The notes: generated from the letters alone by a model not told the origin. DNA of 64,000 bases from Vulcanimicrobiota bacterium (GCA_050250895.1 JBFWNU010000006.1:379720-443719); one strand, 5' to 3'; numbered from the stretch's first letter, positions 8,955 to 18,845 are shown. Made by a program: numbers and translations.

Positions 8955-10895
8955 TTCGGGCCAGGCATCCAGGAACGCCTCGACTACCTGGGGATCAAAG
9001 TGCGAGCCGGCTCCTTTGGTCAGCTCTTCGCAGGCCTTTTCATGCGAGAGGGCCGAGCGATAAGGGCGGTCCACGGTCATCGCGTCGAAGGCGTCCACCA
9101 CCGCAATAATGCGGGCATAGAGCGGAATTTCATGGCCTTTTAGCCCGTCGGGATAGCCGCTGCCGTCCCAGCGTTCGTGGTGGCTGCGAACTCCCTCGAT
9201 GGCCGTGCCGAGATACCCGATCGAACTCAGCAGGTCGGCTCCGATTTCTGTGTGAGCCTCGACGCTGCGTCGCTCTTGTTCGCTCAAATGGCCGGCCTTG
9301 TGCAACACCGCTTCGGCCACGCCGATTTTGCCGATGTCGTAGAGCAGCAGGCTATAGAGAAAATCTCGCTGCTTGGGCAGGCTGGGATCGATGCGCTCGG
9401 CCACGGCTTTGGCGTAGCGCAGAATGCGGTCGGTTTGACTCGTCTCCTGGGCGGGCCGAGGGTCGACCATGCGCACCAGGGCAGCCAGAGTGCGAATGAA
9501 GGTGGTTTCGAGTTCGCGCTGCTGCTCTTCGGCGTGCTTTCGCAGAGCTTTCTCGGTATCGTAAAGCTGATAGAGATCGCGAGCATAATCCAGTAGCTGG
9601 CTCTTGTCGAGCAACTTGGGATCGGTCTCGAGGGCCGGCTCCGCTAGCCCGGTGCCGGGGTTGGGAGCGCTCAAAGGCAGCTCGATGTCGACTCGCGTTC
9701 CCTGGCCAGGGTCGCTTTCGAGCTTCAGGGTGCCGGCGTGGGCTTCGATAACATGGCGGGCGATGGAGAGACCCAGGCCCAGGCCCTCGATCTTGCGAGT
9801 GTTGACCTCCTGAGCTTGATAGAAGGGCTGAAACACCTTCTCTTGCTCGCCGTGAGGGATGCCGGGTCCGTTGTCGATGACGGCGATTTCGAGATAGGTA
9901 TCGAGACGCTTGACCTTCAGCGACACCATCCCGCCGGGTCGATTGAACAAGATCGCGTTCTTGAGCAAGTGGGAGAACGCCTGACGAAGTTTTTGGGGAT
10001 CGCCCTCGAGGGTGTGCTCCTCTCCCTCGAAGCTCGACTCGAGGGTGACCTGGCGCGAGCGGGCCAGGGGCTCGAATTCGCTGGCCAGGGTCTTGATCCA
10101 GGGGAAGAAGTCCCACCTGGACCGGTCCAGGTTGCCGCTTTCGTTACGCACACTGGAAAAGCTCAGCAACTCTTCGATCAGGCTCTCGAGTTTTCCGGCT
10201 CCGAAAGAGGCGCTGGCCAGACACTCCGAGACCACGCCTTCGGACTCGCGTAGCAATCGGGTCAATAGATGAAGATTGCCTTTGATGATGGTGAGCGGAG
10301 TGCGCAACTCATGGGACACCAGCGACAGAAAGATGTCTTTCATGCGCTCGACCTCTTGCAGGCGGCGGTGGGCGCTGCGCAGATCGGCGGCCTTGCGTCG
10401 GTTCTCTTGCAAGACGCGGTCGAGTTGGCGAGCGTAGGCCAGGAGAGCATCCTTCTCGGATCCGTCAGGCTGGGTCAGACTGCCCAGTTGCTCTTCGATC
10501 AGTTCCTGCAGTTCGGCGGGTGAAAACGGCTTCTCGAGGCGGCCGGCTGAAATCTGGATCAAACTCTCGGTGGGTTGGTCGTGGGGGGCCGCCCCGGTCA
10601 TCAAGATCAAGGTATGGCGTGCCTCGGCCAGCCTGAGCAGCAGGCGCTCGTCGGGATGGCGCGCCATCGAGGCGTCGAGCAGCACCAGGTCGGGCACCAT
10701 CGCTTCGAGTTCGGCCAGGGCCTCTTCGCTGCTGCGCGCCTCTCGCAAGACATAGCCCCGAGGCTCGAGCGTATCGCGGGTCAGACGCCGAATGAGGGAG
10801 TCACTATCGACGATCAGTAAGGTTGCGCTCACAGCCGCAGACTTTGTTACCAGGGGGCGGGCAACCTGCTGCCCGATCTGGCTGTTTGGCAACAC
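8946..10895 (-). CDS. Hybrid REC - histidine kinase - HD-GYP protein (start may be GTG at 10832)
   Basis: REC (LIVDSD, LLDASM, EKPFS), HisKA (SHELRTPL), HATPase (KNAILFN, DNGPGI, GLGLGL), HD-GYP (YDIGKIG, HHERWDGSGYP, DAFDAM). Confidence 0.9.
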   Translation of the reverse strand: MLPNSQIGQQVARPLVTKSAAVSATLLIVDSDSLIRRLTRDTLEPRGYVLREARSSEEALAELEAMVPDLVLLDASMARHPDERLLLRLAEARHTLILMTGAAPHDQPTESLIQISAGRLEKPFSPAELQELIEEQLGSLTQPDGSEKDALLAYARQLDRVLQENRRKAADLRSAHRRLQEVERMKDIFLSLVSHELRTPLTIIKGNLHLLTRLLRESEGVVSECLASASFGAGKLESLIEELLSFSSVRNESGNLDRSRWDFFPWIKTLASEFEPLARSRQVTLESSFEGEEHTLEGDPQKLRQAFSHLLKNAILFNRPGGMVSLKVKRLDTYLEIAVIDNGPGIPHGEQEKVFQPFYQAQEVNTRKIEGLGLGLSIARHVIEAHAGTLKLESDPGQGTRVDIELPLSAPNPGTGLAEPALETDPKLLDKSQLLDYARDLYQLYDTEKALRKHAEEQQRELETTFIRTLAALVRMVDPRPAQETSQTDRILRYAKAVAERIDPSLPKQRDFLYSLLLYDIGKIGVAEAVLHKAGHLSEQERRSVEAHTEIGADLLSSIGYLGTAIEGVRSHHERWDGSGYPDGLKGHEIPLYARIIAVVDAFDAMTVDRPYRSALSHEKACEELTKGAGSHFDPQVVEAFLDAWPELV

Positions 10896-10899
10896 TTTG

Positions 10900-10927
10900 T
10901 TAACAACTGATTCATAATTAGTTCATA
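10900..10927 (+). promoter_or_regulatory. Three direct repeats at 11-bp spacing (OmpR/PhoB-type box)
   Basis: TTAACA at 10900, TTCATA at 10911, TTCATA at 10922 in an AT-rich divergent intergenic region. Confidence 0.45.
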
Positions 10928-10969
10928 AGATGAACAAGCTTTCCGCACTAAGAATCTGGAGTTTGTCTA

Positions 10970-11764
10970 ATGCTGAAAACCGTTTCCGGGGGATCCCGTC
11001 AACTACTGCCGAGCGCGATTGTTAACCGCGCGGCCAGTCGGACGGAAGTTCACAAATCGCCAGAAACGGTCAGCGACAGAGTCGAACTCAGCCAGGTAGA
11101 TAGCGCCGTCGAGGCACTCTGCCTGCCCATCCTGGAACCGACCTTCCAACTCAGTCTGGCGGCCGGCTACCTCCTCAGCTTGCGCGCCGCCGGTGGCCAC
11201 GCTCCCCTCATCGACATCGTGCTGCACAGTCAGGCTGCCGGCAGCCACACCAACATCCACTCGGTGCTCGACTTGACCAACGCCAAAGACCCGATCCAGG
11301 TCGACGGCCAGGTGGCTGGCCAGGCCGTCAGCGGTCAGGTCACCATGGACCCGGCCGGACGCGGCATCTCGTGGGCCGGGGCCCGGGGCGTGCAGGCAGA
11401 GCGCGGCCAGTTGGGCTTTGACCCGGCGGCCCAGGCTCTCACCCTGCAGGCTGAGTTCGGTGCCGTCAAAGCCGACCTGAGCTTCAAGCTGCTGGGCGGC
11501 TCCGGGCTGAAGTCTTTCCAGGGTTTCGAAGTGAGCGGAACTGTTGACGGACAGCCTTATCACAGCCTCAACCGCTTTGCCATGCAACCCGACGGTCAGG
11601 CAACCTTGAGCTGTGACGGCCAGTTGGCCGACAGCCCTATCAGCAAGCAATACCGGGGACAGCTCGAACAGACTGGCTCCAGCATCAGTCTCAATCTCCA
11701 GGGAAGTGGAAATAGCGCCGGCGTCGAACAGCAGGTCGAAACCGTGTTTACCTACCTGCCGTAG
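10970..11764 (+). CDS. Hypothetical beta-rich protein with a disordered N-terminus
   Basis: 264-aa ORF after GGAG; N-terminus contains SDRVELSQ. Confidence 0.75.
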   Translation: MLKTVSGGSRQLLPSAIVNRAASRTEVHKSPETVSDRVELSQVDSAVEALCLPILEPTFQLSLAAGYLLSLRAAGGHAPLIDIVLHSQAAGSHTNIHSVLDLTNAKDPIQVDGQVAGQAVSGQVTMDPAGRGISWAGARGVQAERGQLGFDPAAQALTLQAEFGAVKADLSFKLLGGSGLKSFQGFEVSGTVDGQPYHSLNRFAMQPDGQATLSCDGQLADSPISKQYRGQLEQTGSSISLNLQGSGNSAGVEQQVETVFTYLP

Positions 11765-11767
11765 CAT

Positions 11768-12058
11768 ATGGATAAAGGCCTCCGATTCGCGATGCTGGTC
11801 CAGACCGAGATTCTCTTCGAGGTGATGAAGGGTCGCACCAGTGTAAGCCCTGGTGCGGTCGTCTCGATGGCCATGGAAGTCCCCCTCCACGCCCTCGACG
11901 ACAACCCTCAAGAGCTCTACAGCCAGGCCTTGGAACTGGTCGCCTGGTTCTATGGTGGGGCCGATCCCTGGTGGATGCCTGAAGACCTGCTCTATGAAGA
12001 GATCGTCGAAGAGGTCTATACCTTCGAGGATGGCGATTATGACGAGGACGACGGGTGA
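11768..12058 (+). CDS. Small acidic hypothetical protein
   Basis: 96 aa, tightly packed between neighbours; D/E-rich tail. Confidence 0.65.
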   Translation: MDKGLRFAMLVQTEILFEVMKGRTSVSPGAVVSMAMEVPLHALDDNPQELYSQALELVAWFYGGADPWWMPEDLLYEEIVEEVYTFEDGDYDEDDG

Positions 12059-12717
12059 GTCGCCTGGGCCGAGCCCTTCAATTGCTAGGAGCCGTGGCGA
12101 TGACGATCAGCCCGTTCCTGGCCTGGGCCGAGATCAACATCTTCGGCTCTCATCTGGGCGTGCCGGGGATCTTTCTCCATGGCGCAGTTCTGTTAGGGGC
12201 AGGCACAGTCATCTCGACGGCCGTGTTGGTGGGGGTGCGACTGCCGGGCTTTCATGCTCTGCTCGCTCTCTTGGGCGCCTACGCAACTTACTCCGATCGG
12301 GTTCAAATCCTGACCCGCACCGAATACGTCATGGGACGGGTGCAGCTGTGGTTGGCCGATATCAACCACTTCATCGCCCGGCTGAGCCTGCCCACCATCG
12401 AGGTCTTTCAAAAGGCTTCCACCACCGCGGACTATGTGGGTCAGGGCGTCACGGTGGCCTTTGCCGGCTGCTCGGTCGTGTTGCTTGGCACGGTCCTCGA
12501 GGCGGCCGGCTACCGGGGCGAGGGCAAGTCGTTTTTGTCGAGTTTTGTAGGTCGGCCCTCTTGCACGGCCTGCGGCACCAGGGTGGCGCACAGCATGCGC
12601 TATTGTCCCGGCTGCGGCGCTCGCCAGGGTGGTCAGAACGCCTGCGCCGGTTGCGGGGCCGTGCTCAAACAGGAGTATCGCTTCTGTTTTGACTGCGGAC
12701 GCCCCGTCGAAGGCTAA
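12055..12717 (+). CDS. Membrane protein with C-terminal double zinc ribbon
   Basis: About 4 TM segments, then CTACG..CPGCG..CAGCG..CFDCG. Confidence 0.8.
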   Translation: MSRLGRALQLLGAVAMTISPFLAWAEINIFGSHLGVPGIFLHGAVLLGAGTVISTAVLVGVRLPGFHALLALLGAYATYSDRVQILTRTEYVMGRVQLWLADINHFIARLSLPTIEVFQKASTTADYVGQGVTVAFAGCSVVLLGTVLEAAGYRGEGKSFLSSFVGRPSCTACGTRVAHSMRYCPGCGARQGGQNACAGCGAVLKQEYRFCFDCGRPVEG

Positions 12718-14711
12718 CCCGAGAGACGGTCGAGGGTGATACCCCCGATGCTGACGGTGTCGGCGTCTTCCTCGATTTTTAAATCAACAAAGGTCACCGG
12801 CTGCAGAGCGCGATAAGACTGCTCCACCACCTTGTTCCGGTCAGGCTCGAGCAAGGAATGCAGGCGGGCCTGCTGGCAGAATTCCTCAAATAGTTCGTCG
12901 ACTCGGCCTTTGAGTTTGCCGTCGGCCACATCGTTGGCGATCCGCTCGCGCACCCGGTCAAGACCATCAAGCGAGCCGGTGAGCGAGTATTGCTCGATCA
13001 ACTTGAGGGCCTCGCCCGGACCCTCGGGTTTACCACGCGTATGGGCCAGCAGTTGTCCCAGGACCGAACTTGGAATGGCAGCTCGAACGGCCGCCGGGAC
13101 GGTAGAGCGCAAGAGAGCTGGCAGCCCGTCGACCGGCCCCACCGTGGCGGCGACCACGGTGGCCAAAACTTGCTTGGCCGCCCTCTCGTCTAGCCCTGCC
13201 TGGCGCAAGACCTCGAAATGGTCGACCAGGCGCTTGAGACTGTCGGCTGTAGGCTCGTTCTCGGCGCGGTTGGCCACCGCCATGGCCAGCATCTCTTTGC
13301 CGGCCCGTCGGTCGTTACCCAGGCGTTGGAACTGCTGGACCAGCGCCGGCATCTCGGTGGCCGGGTCGTGGGCGGCCGCCAGCAGGTCCTTGCTGGCGTA
13401 AAGCCCGTCGAGGGGCCGACCCTGACCGCGCAGAGCTTCGTTGAGCACGAAGAATCGCTCGAGAGGCTGGCGAAAACCTTCTCCTGGCTGGCGCAGGGCG
13501 GCGACCTGAGCATAGACCTCGAGCTGGCCGTAGCGCGGGAAGCTGCCGGCCACTTTCGGCCACAGGTCCTGACAGGCTTGCAAGGATTGCCCGACGGACT
13601 GGTCGCCAGCCTTGAGGGCGGCACACTGATAGCTGAACTGAAGAAACGGCTCGAGCTTCTTCTCTTCGTCGATCTGTTGAAGGCTGTCCTGGGGCGAGTT
13701 GGCGTTCGCTTTGCGCAGGTCGCGATAGGTCTTGATGACGTGGTCTTCGAACTCGCCGCGGTCTGGGCCGCTCAGCGAGTGGCTCATCTCGGTCAAGCCG
13801 TAGCTCGACCAGGGAGTCCCCAGCACGCTCAGGAACTTCTCGAAGGTCCGTACTTTGTCGGGGTCCCGCTGCAGACCGTTATAGACGACGTTGCAGGCCG
13901 AGAAGGCATGATGGTCGTCATTCCACTGGCGCAGCGAGCTTTTTCGGCCCTCGGCGTGGGTTACCATCGACAGGTAGCGGGTGTAGTCTTCCAGCGCCTC
14001 TCTGGTGGTGGGCGGCTGCTCTGGCGGAGAGAACTTGCCGCTCCAATGCTCGGCCCCGACGTGAAAACCAACCTCTTGGTGGCGGTCCTCCCTGGCCACT
14101 TCGAGCACGTCGTGAAGGCGGCCGAAGGCGTCACTGGTGATGACGCCATAGCTCCATTCCGAACTGTCTTCGCCAGTGATGGTCTCGCTGGGTTGGGCCG
14201 GGACCTGCTCCATCAGGTGAAAGCAAAGGGCCAGCCGCTCCTCCATCGGCACTTCCGCCAACAAGCCCCGCTCGAGCCAGGCCTGCAGGTCGTGCAAGCT
14301 GGCTTCGATCAGCTCTTCGCGGTTGCCCAGGTTGGGCGGATATTGGTTTTGGGCCAACCCGTAGAAAGGAGCCATTTGCTCACAGGTAAGGTCGCCCCAG
14401 TCCCGCCCCCGCAGCCACTCGGCGTCGGCCTGGGGGTGGGGGCGTCCGGCTTGCTGAAAATAATCGAGCAACCCATCCCGAGCGGTGCTGTTCAGGGCTA
14501 CCGCCAGGGTCGGTGGTAGCGTGGCCATCGCCAGTTCCCAGCGCGGACTCTGGCCGACCTTGCTCCAGTTGGGAGCGACGGTGGGTGGGGGGAGGGCTTC
14601 CAACGAACTCGCTACCGTGTCGGTGGGAGCTTCCGTCGGGGGCTGGCTGGAAATGCTGTGAGCGCGGTGGATGGCGGGGGACGAAAAATGGCGGGTGAGA
14701 TGGACCTGCAT
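12714..14711 (-). CDS. Hypothetical helical protein, 665 aa
   Basis: Long ORF with an S/P/T-rich N-terminus and C-terminus LKIEEDADTVSIGGITLDRLSG. Confidence 0.8.
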   Translation of the reverse strand: MQVHLTRHFSSPAIHRAHSISSQPPTEAPTDTVASSLEALPPPTVAPNWSKVGQSPRWELAMATLPPTLAVALNSTARDGLLDYFQQAGRPHPQADAEWLRGRDWGDLTCEQMAPFYGLAQNQYPPNLGNREELIEASLHDLQAWLERGLLAEVPMEERLALCFHLMEQVPAQPSETITGEDSSEWSYGVITSDAFGRLHDVLEVAREDRHQEVGFHVGAEHWSGKFSPPEQPPTTREALEDYTRYLSMVTHAEGRKSSLRQWNDDHHAFSACNVVYNGLQRDPDKVRTFEKFLSVLGTPWSSYGLTEMSHSLSGPDRGEFEDHVIKTYRDLRKANANSPQDSLQQIDEEKKLEPFLQFSYQCAALKAGDQSVGQSLQACQDLWPKVAGSFPRYGQLEVYAQVAALRQPGEGFRQPLERFFVLNEALRGQGRPLDGLYASKDLLAAAHDPATEMPALVQQFQRLGNDRRAGKEMLAMAVANRAENEPTADSLKRLVDHFEVLRQAGLDERAAKQVLATVVAATVGPVDGLPALLRSTVPAAVRAAIPSSVLGQLLAHTRGKPEGPGEALKLIEQYSLTGSLDGLDRVRERIANDVADGKLKGRVDELFEEFCQQARLHSLLEPDRNKVVEQSYRALQPVTFVDLKIEEDADTVSIGGITLDRLSG

Positions 14712-14828
14712 ACCTGATTCTCTCAGCAGCGCCGGAAAAAAGGCTTAAACCGAGGAAGAGCCGGCAGACCAATCCAAACTACACCAATGGGCTGGCGGGA
14801 CCAAGGGCTGCGATTTCTCGAAAAACCC

Positions 14829-14857
14829 TTGTCGAGTTTGAAGTTTCAGTGTATAAT
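14829..14857 (+). promoter_or_regulatory. Sigma70-type promoter of the L31 gene
   Basis: TTGTCG-N17-TATAAT; RBS AAGGAG before ATG 14893. Confidence 0.75.
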
Positions 14858-14892
14858 TCCGAACCGTCGCGTATTCGCATAAGGAGTCTTCC

Positions 14893-15138
14893 ATGAAGAA
14901 AGAAATTCAGCCGCAGGTGTACAACGTGATCTACAAGGACATTTCGTCCGACTTCGCGTTTCTGTCGCAATCCACCGTCTCGTCCAAAGAGACCATGGAG
15001 TGGGAAGACGGCAAAGAGTATCCCGTCATCAAGGTGGAAATCTCCAGCGCCTCTCACCCCTTCTACACCGGCAAGGTGCGCACGGTGGCCGCCGAGGGCC
15101 GCGTCCAGCGCTTCATGAAGCGTTACGGCAAAAGCTAA
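14893..15138 (+). CDS. rpmE2: 50S ribosomal protein L31 type B (Cys-free)
   Basis: MKKEIQPQ...[25 protein letters not shown]...GRVQRF. Confidence 0.95.
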   Translation: MKKEIQPQVYNVIYKDISSDFAFLSQSTVSSKETMEWEDGKEYPVIKVEISSASHPFYTGKVRTVAAEGRVQRFMKRYGKS

Positions 15139-15203
15139 GCCCTTTTCACAGAAGTTTACATCAAAAGCCATGACGGGCCGGGCGACCTGCCTATCATGGC
15201 TTT

Positions 15204-16505
15204 ATGCTCATCTCGTCTGCTAAACCGACTCCGCCCGTCAAGCCTTCCGGCCGAGGCGTAAAGGCTGCCGTGGTCGACGCGATGACCGGCACCACTGACC
15301 TGTTTAATCGAGCCCCGGCGCTCGAGTTTGGAGCCGGCGTGGGAATGGCCGTCTCGCGGGGGCTGCACACTTTTCCGAATTTCGTCTATCCCACCGTGCT
15401 CAACGCCAATGCGGCCGAACGGGCTCAGATCTACGGCGTGCTCGATGGTCTGCCGCTCAAAGACGTCAACTCGGTCAAAACCATCTCGATGGTCGATGCC
15501 ATTGCCAGTGACAAGCCCGGCTGGGTCATCAACGGGCGGGCCTGGGACCGAGTGTTCACCAGCAACATCGAACTCTCGCGCGAGCAGTTGACCAGTCCCG
15601 AGAAGCTGCGCGGCACGCTGACCCATGAGGTGGGCCATACCGTCGACTACAAGTCCAAGTGGTTCGGCCTGTTCGGTGACAACAGCACCCACGAGCCGTG
15701 GGGCGAAGGTCCCCATATCACCGACTACGCCACCACCAACCGTAAAGAAGATTACGCCGAGTCTTACGAAGAATACCACCTCCGGCCCGACAACCTCAAA
15801 GAGAAGAATCCGGCCAAGTACGAGTATCTCGACGAGCGCAATCATCAGAACTTCATGGAGCGGCTCATCGACCGTCCCGAGTTTCGCGAGACGGGCAAAT
15901 ATCTGGGCGAGCATTTAGCCAGCAACGAGACCACCCGGAACGTGGTTCAGGGGGCCTACTATGTGGGAAGCGTCTTTCAGGGTGTGCTCGGACTGGGGCA
16001 GCTCTATCACGCCAGTGAAACCGGAGACTCGAGGGCCCACTATCAGGGTATGCTCAATACCGCCGCCGGAGTGATGTTCGCCAGCGGCATGCTGGCCATA
16101 CCCGGCATGGCTTTGCAGGGGGCCAACACTGCCTTGACCCGAGCCATTGCCCGTGGCGAGATCACGGCCGACGACGCCGATGGTGCCGTGCGACTGGCCA
16201 CCGACCCCGGCGAGAAGCTGGTGCGCAAAGTGGGCAGCGAGATGGGTCTGATGAAGCCTTTTCGGGAGCTAGAAACCAAGAATCCCAAACGCATGCTGGC
16301 CGCTGGCATCGCTGCCGGTGGAGCCCTGGGCGGCCTCACCGGTGCCCTGGCCGGGCCCTACGCCGGAGTGATGGTCGGCTATCATCTGGCCGGTCCGGCG
16401 GGCGGGGCGGCCGGCATGGTGCTCGGTGGTCTGACCGGCTATCTGTTGGGCACCGAGGTGGGCGGACGTGCCGGCGGGGCCGTGGCTCGGGCCCTGGGCG
16501 CCTGA
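15204..16505 (+). CDS. Zinc metallopeptidase (HExxH) domain fused to hydrophobic glycine-zipper segments
   Basis: THEVGHTVD plus DYATTNRKEDYAESY; C-terminal GGALGGLTGALAGPYAG...GGRAGGAVA. Confidence 0.8.
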   Translation: MLISSAKPTPPVKPSGRGVKAAVVDAMTGTTDLFNRAPALEFGAGVGMAVSRGLHTFPNFVYPTVLNANAAERAQIYGVLDGLPLKDVNSVKTISMVDAIASDKPGWVINGRAWDRVFTSNIELSREQLTSPEKLRGTLTHEVGHTVDYKSKWFGLFGDNSTHEPWGEGPHITDYATTNRKEDYAESYEEYHLRPDNLKEKNPAKYEYLDERNHQNFMERLIDRPEFRETGKYLGEHLASNETTRNVVQGAYYVGSVFQGVLGLGQLYHASETGDSRAHYQGMLNTAAGVMFASGMLAIPGMALQGANTALTRAIARGEITADDADGAVRLATDPGEKLVRKVGSEMGLMKPFRELETKNPKRMLAAGIAAGGALGGLTGALAGPYAGVMVGYHLAGPAGGAAGMVLGGLTGYLLGTEVGGRAGGAVARALGA

Positions 16506-16538
16506 AGGAATCACGTCTCGGGCGGGTAAGCCTCGGGC

Positions 16539-16874
16539 ATGAGTATGATCCGGTGCCCGGCCTGCAACGAGTTGATGCGCAAGATCAACCTGCCCGGCGT
16601 CGAACTCGACGAGTGTCGCTTTTGTGACGGGCTCTGGCTAGACCGCGACGAACCCGAAGCCGTCTCGTTTCTTGATATCGTAGGCAAGCACTTGCTCTTG
16701 CCGGTGTCGTTTGACGATAGCCGCCGCAGCGTGCCCGAAGGGCGTCGGTTGTGTCCGCGCTGTGACCGGGCCCTGGCCATCATCGAGCACCGCAACCTCA
16801 ACGTCGAGATCTGCCCCGAGTGCCGGGGCATGTTCTGCGACCGCTTCGAGATTCAGAAGCTGATGGAGGACTGA
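16539..16874 (+). CDS. Tandem zf-TFIIB-like zinc-ribbon protein
   Basis: CPAC..CRFCDGLWLDRDE and CPRC..CPECRGMFCDRFE. Confidence 0.8.
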   Translation: MSMIRCPACNELMRKINLPGVELDECRFCDGLWLDRDEPEAVSFLDIVGKHLLLPVSFDDSRRSVPEGRRLCPRCDRALAIIEHRNLNVEICPECRGMFCDRFEIQKLMED

Positions 16875-18814
16875 CAGTCTCTTCTGGCCTGAACGACCGG
16901 CTCGGCGGCCTTCGGGTCAAGTTCGAGCGTGCGTCGAAACTGGGCTTCGGCGGCCTCGTTTTGCCCCAGCTTGCACAGGGCTCGACCCAGATTCAAATGG
17001 GTCCGGGGCTCGTCAGGGTTCGAGCGCAGGCTTTCTCGTAGCAACCCGGCCGCGCCTTGCGGGTGAGCCAGTTCGAGTTGGGCCGAGCCGGCCGCCGCGG
17101 AAAAGAGCGGGTTCCAGGGGTCGCGCGCGAGAGCGCTCAGCCAGGCTCGGGCGATGTCTGCCTGCAGTCCCTGGTGAAAGTTGGCTTCCAGGGCCAGTAG
17201 GGTGGCTCGGTGGGCGTAGGGATAGGGGTGCCAGGGCTGGCTGCGCATCAGCTCTTGCTGACTGTCGCGGGCCGCTTGGGCCACCTCTTCCACGGCGGCC
17301 ACCCGATAGAGGCCGAGCAGCATTCCGCTGCGCTTGAGCATCAGTTCACTGCGGCGGGGCGGCCACAAGCCGCCCTCGGCCTGGTTGTAGGTGATCAGAG
17401 CCCGCTGGTAGAGCTCGATAGCCCGCTGATGATCGGCCTGGTTGGAAGTATCGACCAGGGCGGCCGCTCCGGCGTAGTCATCGGCCCACCACAGCTGTCG
17501 CTCGGCCCAGACCATGCGGCCACAATAGCCGGTCACCAATAGTATCCAGAGTAAGATCACCAGACCTGGCCAGGCCGGCGAGGAAGGCTGTTCTTCGGCC
17601 TCGGGGGCCGGCACCAACAGCACCAATAAGAAGAGATAGAGGGTGCGCAGGGTGAGGGTGGCCGTAATGAAGTTGAGATTGACTAAAAGACCCAGTAGCG
17701 CCGCGCCGCCAGCCTGGGCCAACGAGTCTTCGGCGATTCTGACCCGATAGAGCACGAACAGTGCCAGAGCCAGACTGAGCAAGACGCCGGGTAGGCCGGC
17801 TTCGAACCAGATGGTGAGCAACTCGTGATGGCAATGCTCGGGGATGCGACCGAAGGACAGCTCGCTGGTGGCTTCCAGACCGCGATAGGGGAGGTAGTTC
17901 GAAGGAAAGCCGTCGGGCCCGGTCCCGATCCAGAGATGCTCTTCGGTAATGCACAGCGCTGCTGTCCACAGAGCCAGGCGGGTCGTGATCGAGGCTTCTT
18001 GCCGGTTCTCACGATAGTGACTGCGTTGGTCGCTCTCGGGATGCACCTGAGCCAGGCCGGCCAGCAACAGTAGACTGGCTGCCGAAGTCACCGCCAGGGC
18101 CCGCCAATGCTGGCCTGCCAGCGTGCGAAGGTCGCGGCGCAAAACCATGGCCAGAGCGGCCACGGCTAGAGCCAACCAGGCCGCTCGAGTTTGCGAGAGG
18201 ACGACGGTGACGGTGGCCAGGCCGGCCACGCTGGCTGCCAGGGCGGACCGCTGGTTCGTTAACAGTCGAGCCACCGCCAGGGGCACCAGGACTGCCGTAA
18301 AGGCGGCGAAATAGTTGGGGTTGCCGAAGGTCGAGATGGTTCGGTCTCGGACCATCAGAGGGTCAAGGGGGTGCTTCCAACCCATCGGATCAAGGTCGAG
18401 TCGCTGCATCACCGAGTAGAGGGCAACCAGCATTCCGGTGCCCACCAGCCAACCCGTCCAACGGCCGCGTCGCTCGCTGTCGAGCGTGGCGGCCAGGGCC
18501 TGCAGTAGCAAAGCCAGATGAATCAGTAGCAAGCGTTCGGGCCAGTGCCAGCTCCAGCTCGAACCGGCCAGGGACCACCACAGCAAGAGAGCCGTGGTCA
18601 GAGTTACCAGCCGATCGCGAGACAACCAGGGCCAGCGGCCGGCAGCGGCGCCCCAGATCCAACCTGCCGCCACCAGGTGGCAACCGATGAGAAAGAGGGC
18701 CAGTTTGGGAATGACCACTCCGTCGGCCAGCCAGGGCGAACATGCAAGAGGGGCCCCGACCATCAAAGCCAGGCCCCCTGCGTCCACTAAATAATCTTGG
18801 TTGCGGCCCGGCAT
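16853..18814 (-). CDS. O-antigen ligase (Wzy_C) family membrane protein with C-terminal TPRs
   Basis: STFGNPNYFA, SQTRAAW, RLALW, GTGPDGF, HCHHELL, EAGLPG motifs; TPR-like tail. Confidence 0.88.
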   Translation of the reverse strand: MPGRNQDYLVDAGGLALMVGAPLACSPWLADGVVIPKLALFLIGCHLVAAGWIWGAAAGRWPWLSRDRLVTLTTALLLWWSLAGSSWSWHWPERLLLIHLALLLQALAATLDSERRGRWTGWLVGTGMLVALYSVMQRLDLDPMGWKHPLDPLMVRDRTISTFGNPNYFAAFTAVLVPLAVARLLTNQRSALAASVAGLATVTVVLSQTRAAWLALAVAALAMVLRRDLRTLAGQHWRALAVTSAASLLLLAGLAQVHPESDQRSHYRENRQEASITTRLALWTAALCITEEHLWIGTGPDGFPSNYLPYRGLEATSELSFGRIPEHCHHELLTIWFEAGLPGVLLSLALALFVLYRVRIAEDSLAQAGGAALLGLLVNLNFITATLTLRTLYLFLLVLLVPAPEAEEQPSSPAWPGLVILLWILLVTGYCGRMVWAERQLWWADDYAGAAALVDTSNQADHQRAIELYQRALITYNQAEGGLWPPRRSELMLKRSGMLLGLYRVAAVEEVAQAARDSQQELMRSQPWHPYPYAHRATLLALEANFHQGLQADIARAWLSALARDPWNPLFSAAAGSAQLELAHPQGAAGLLRESLRSNPDEPRTHLNLGRALCKLGQNEAAEAQFRRTLELDPKAAEPVVQARRDCQSSISF

Positions 18815-18845
18815 ACCGGGCGATTCGGGGAGGGTGAGCTAAACC

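Noticed and set aside
14712-14892. Zur box for type-B L31, and a sigma28 promoter for the 14711 gene
   Set aside because: No Zur-like palindrome was seen. The TAAG-N16-GCTGAGAG match to sigma28 is too weak to call.
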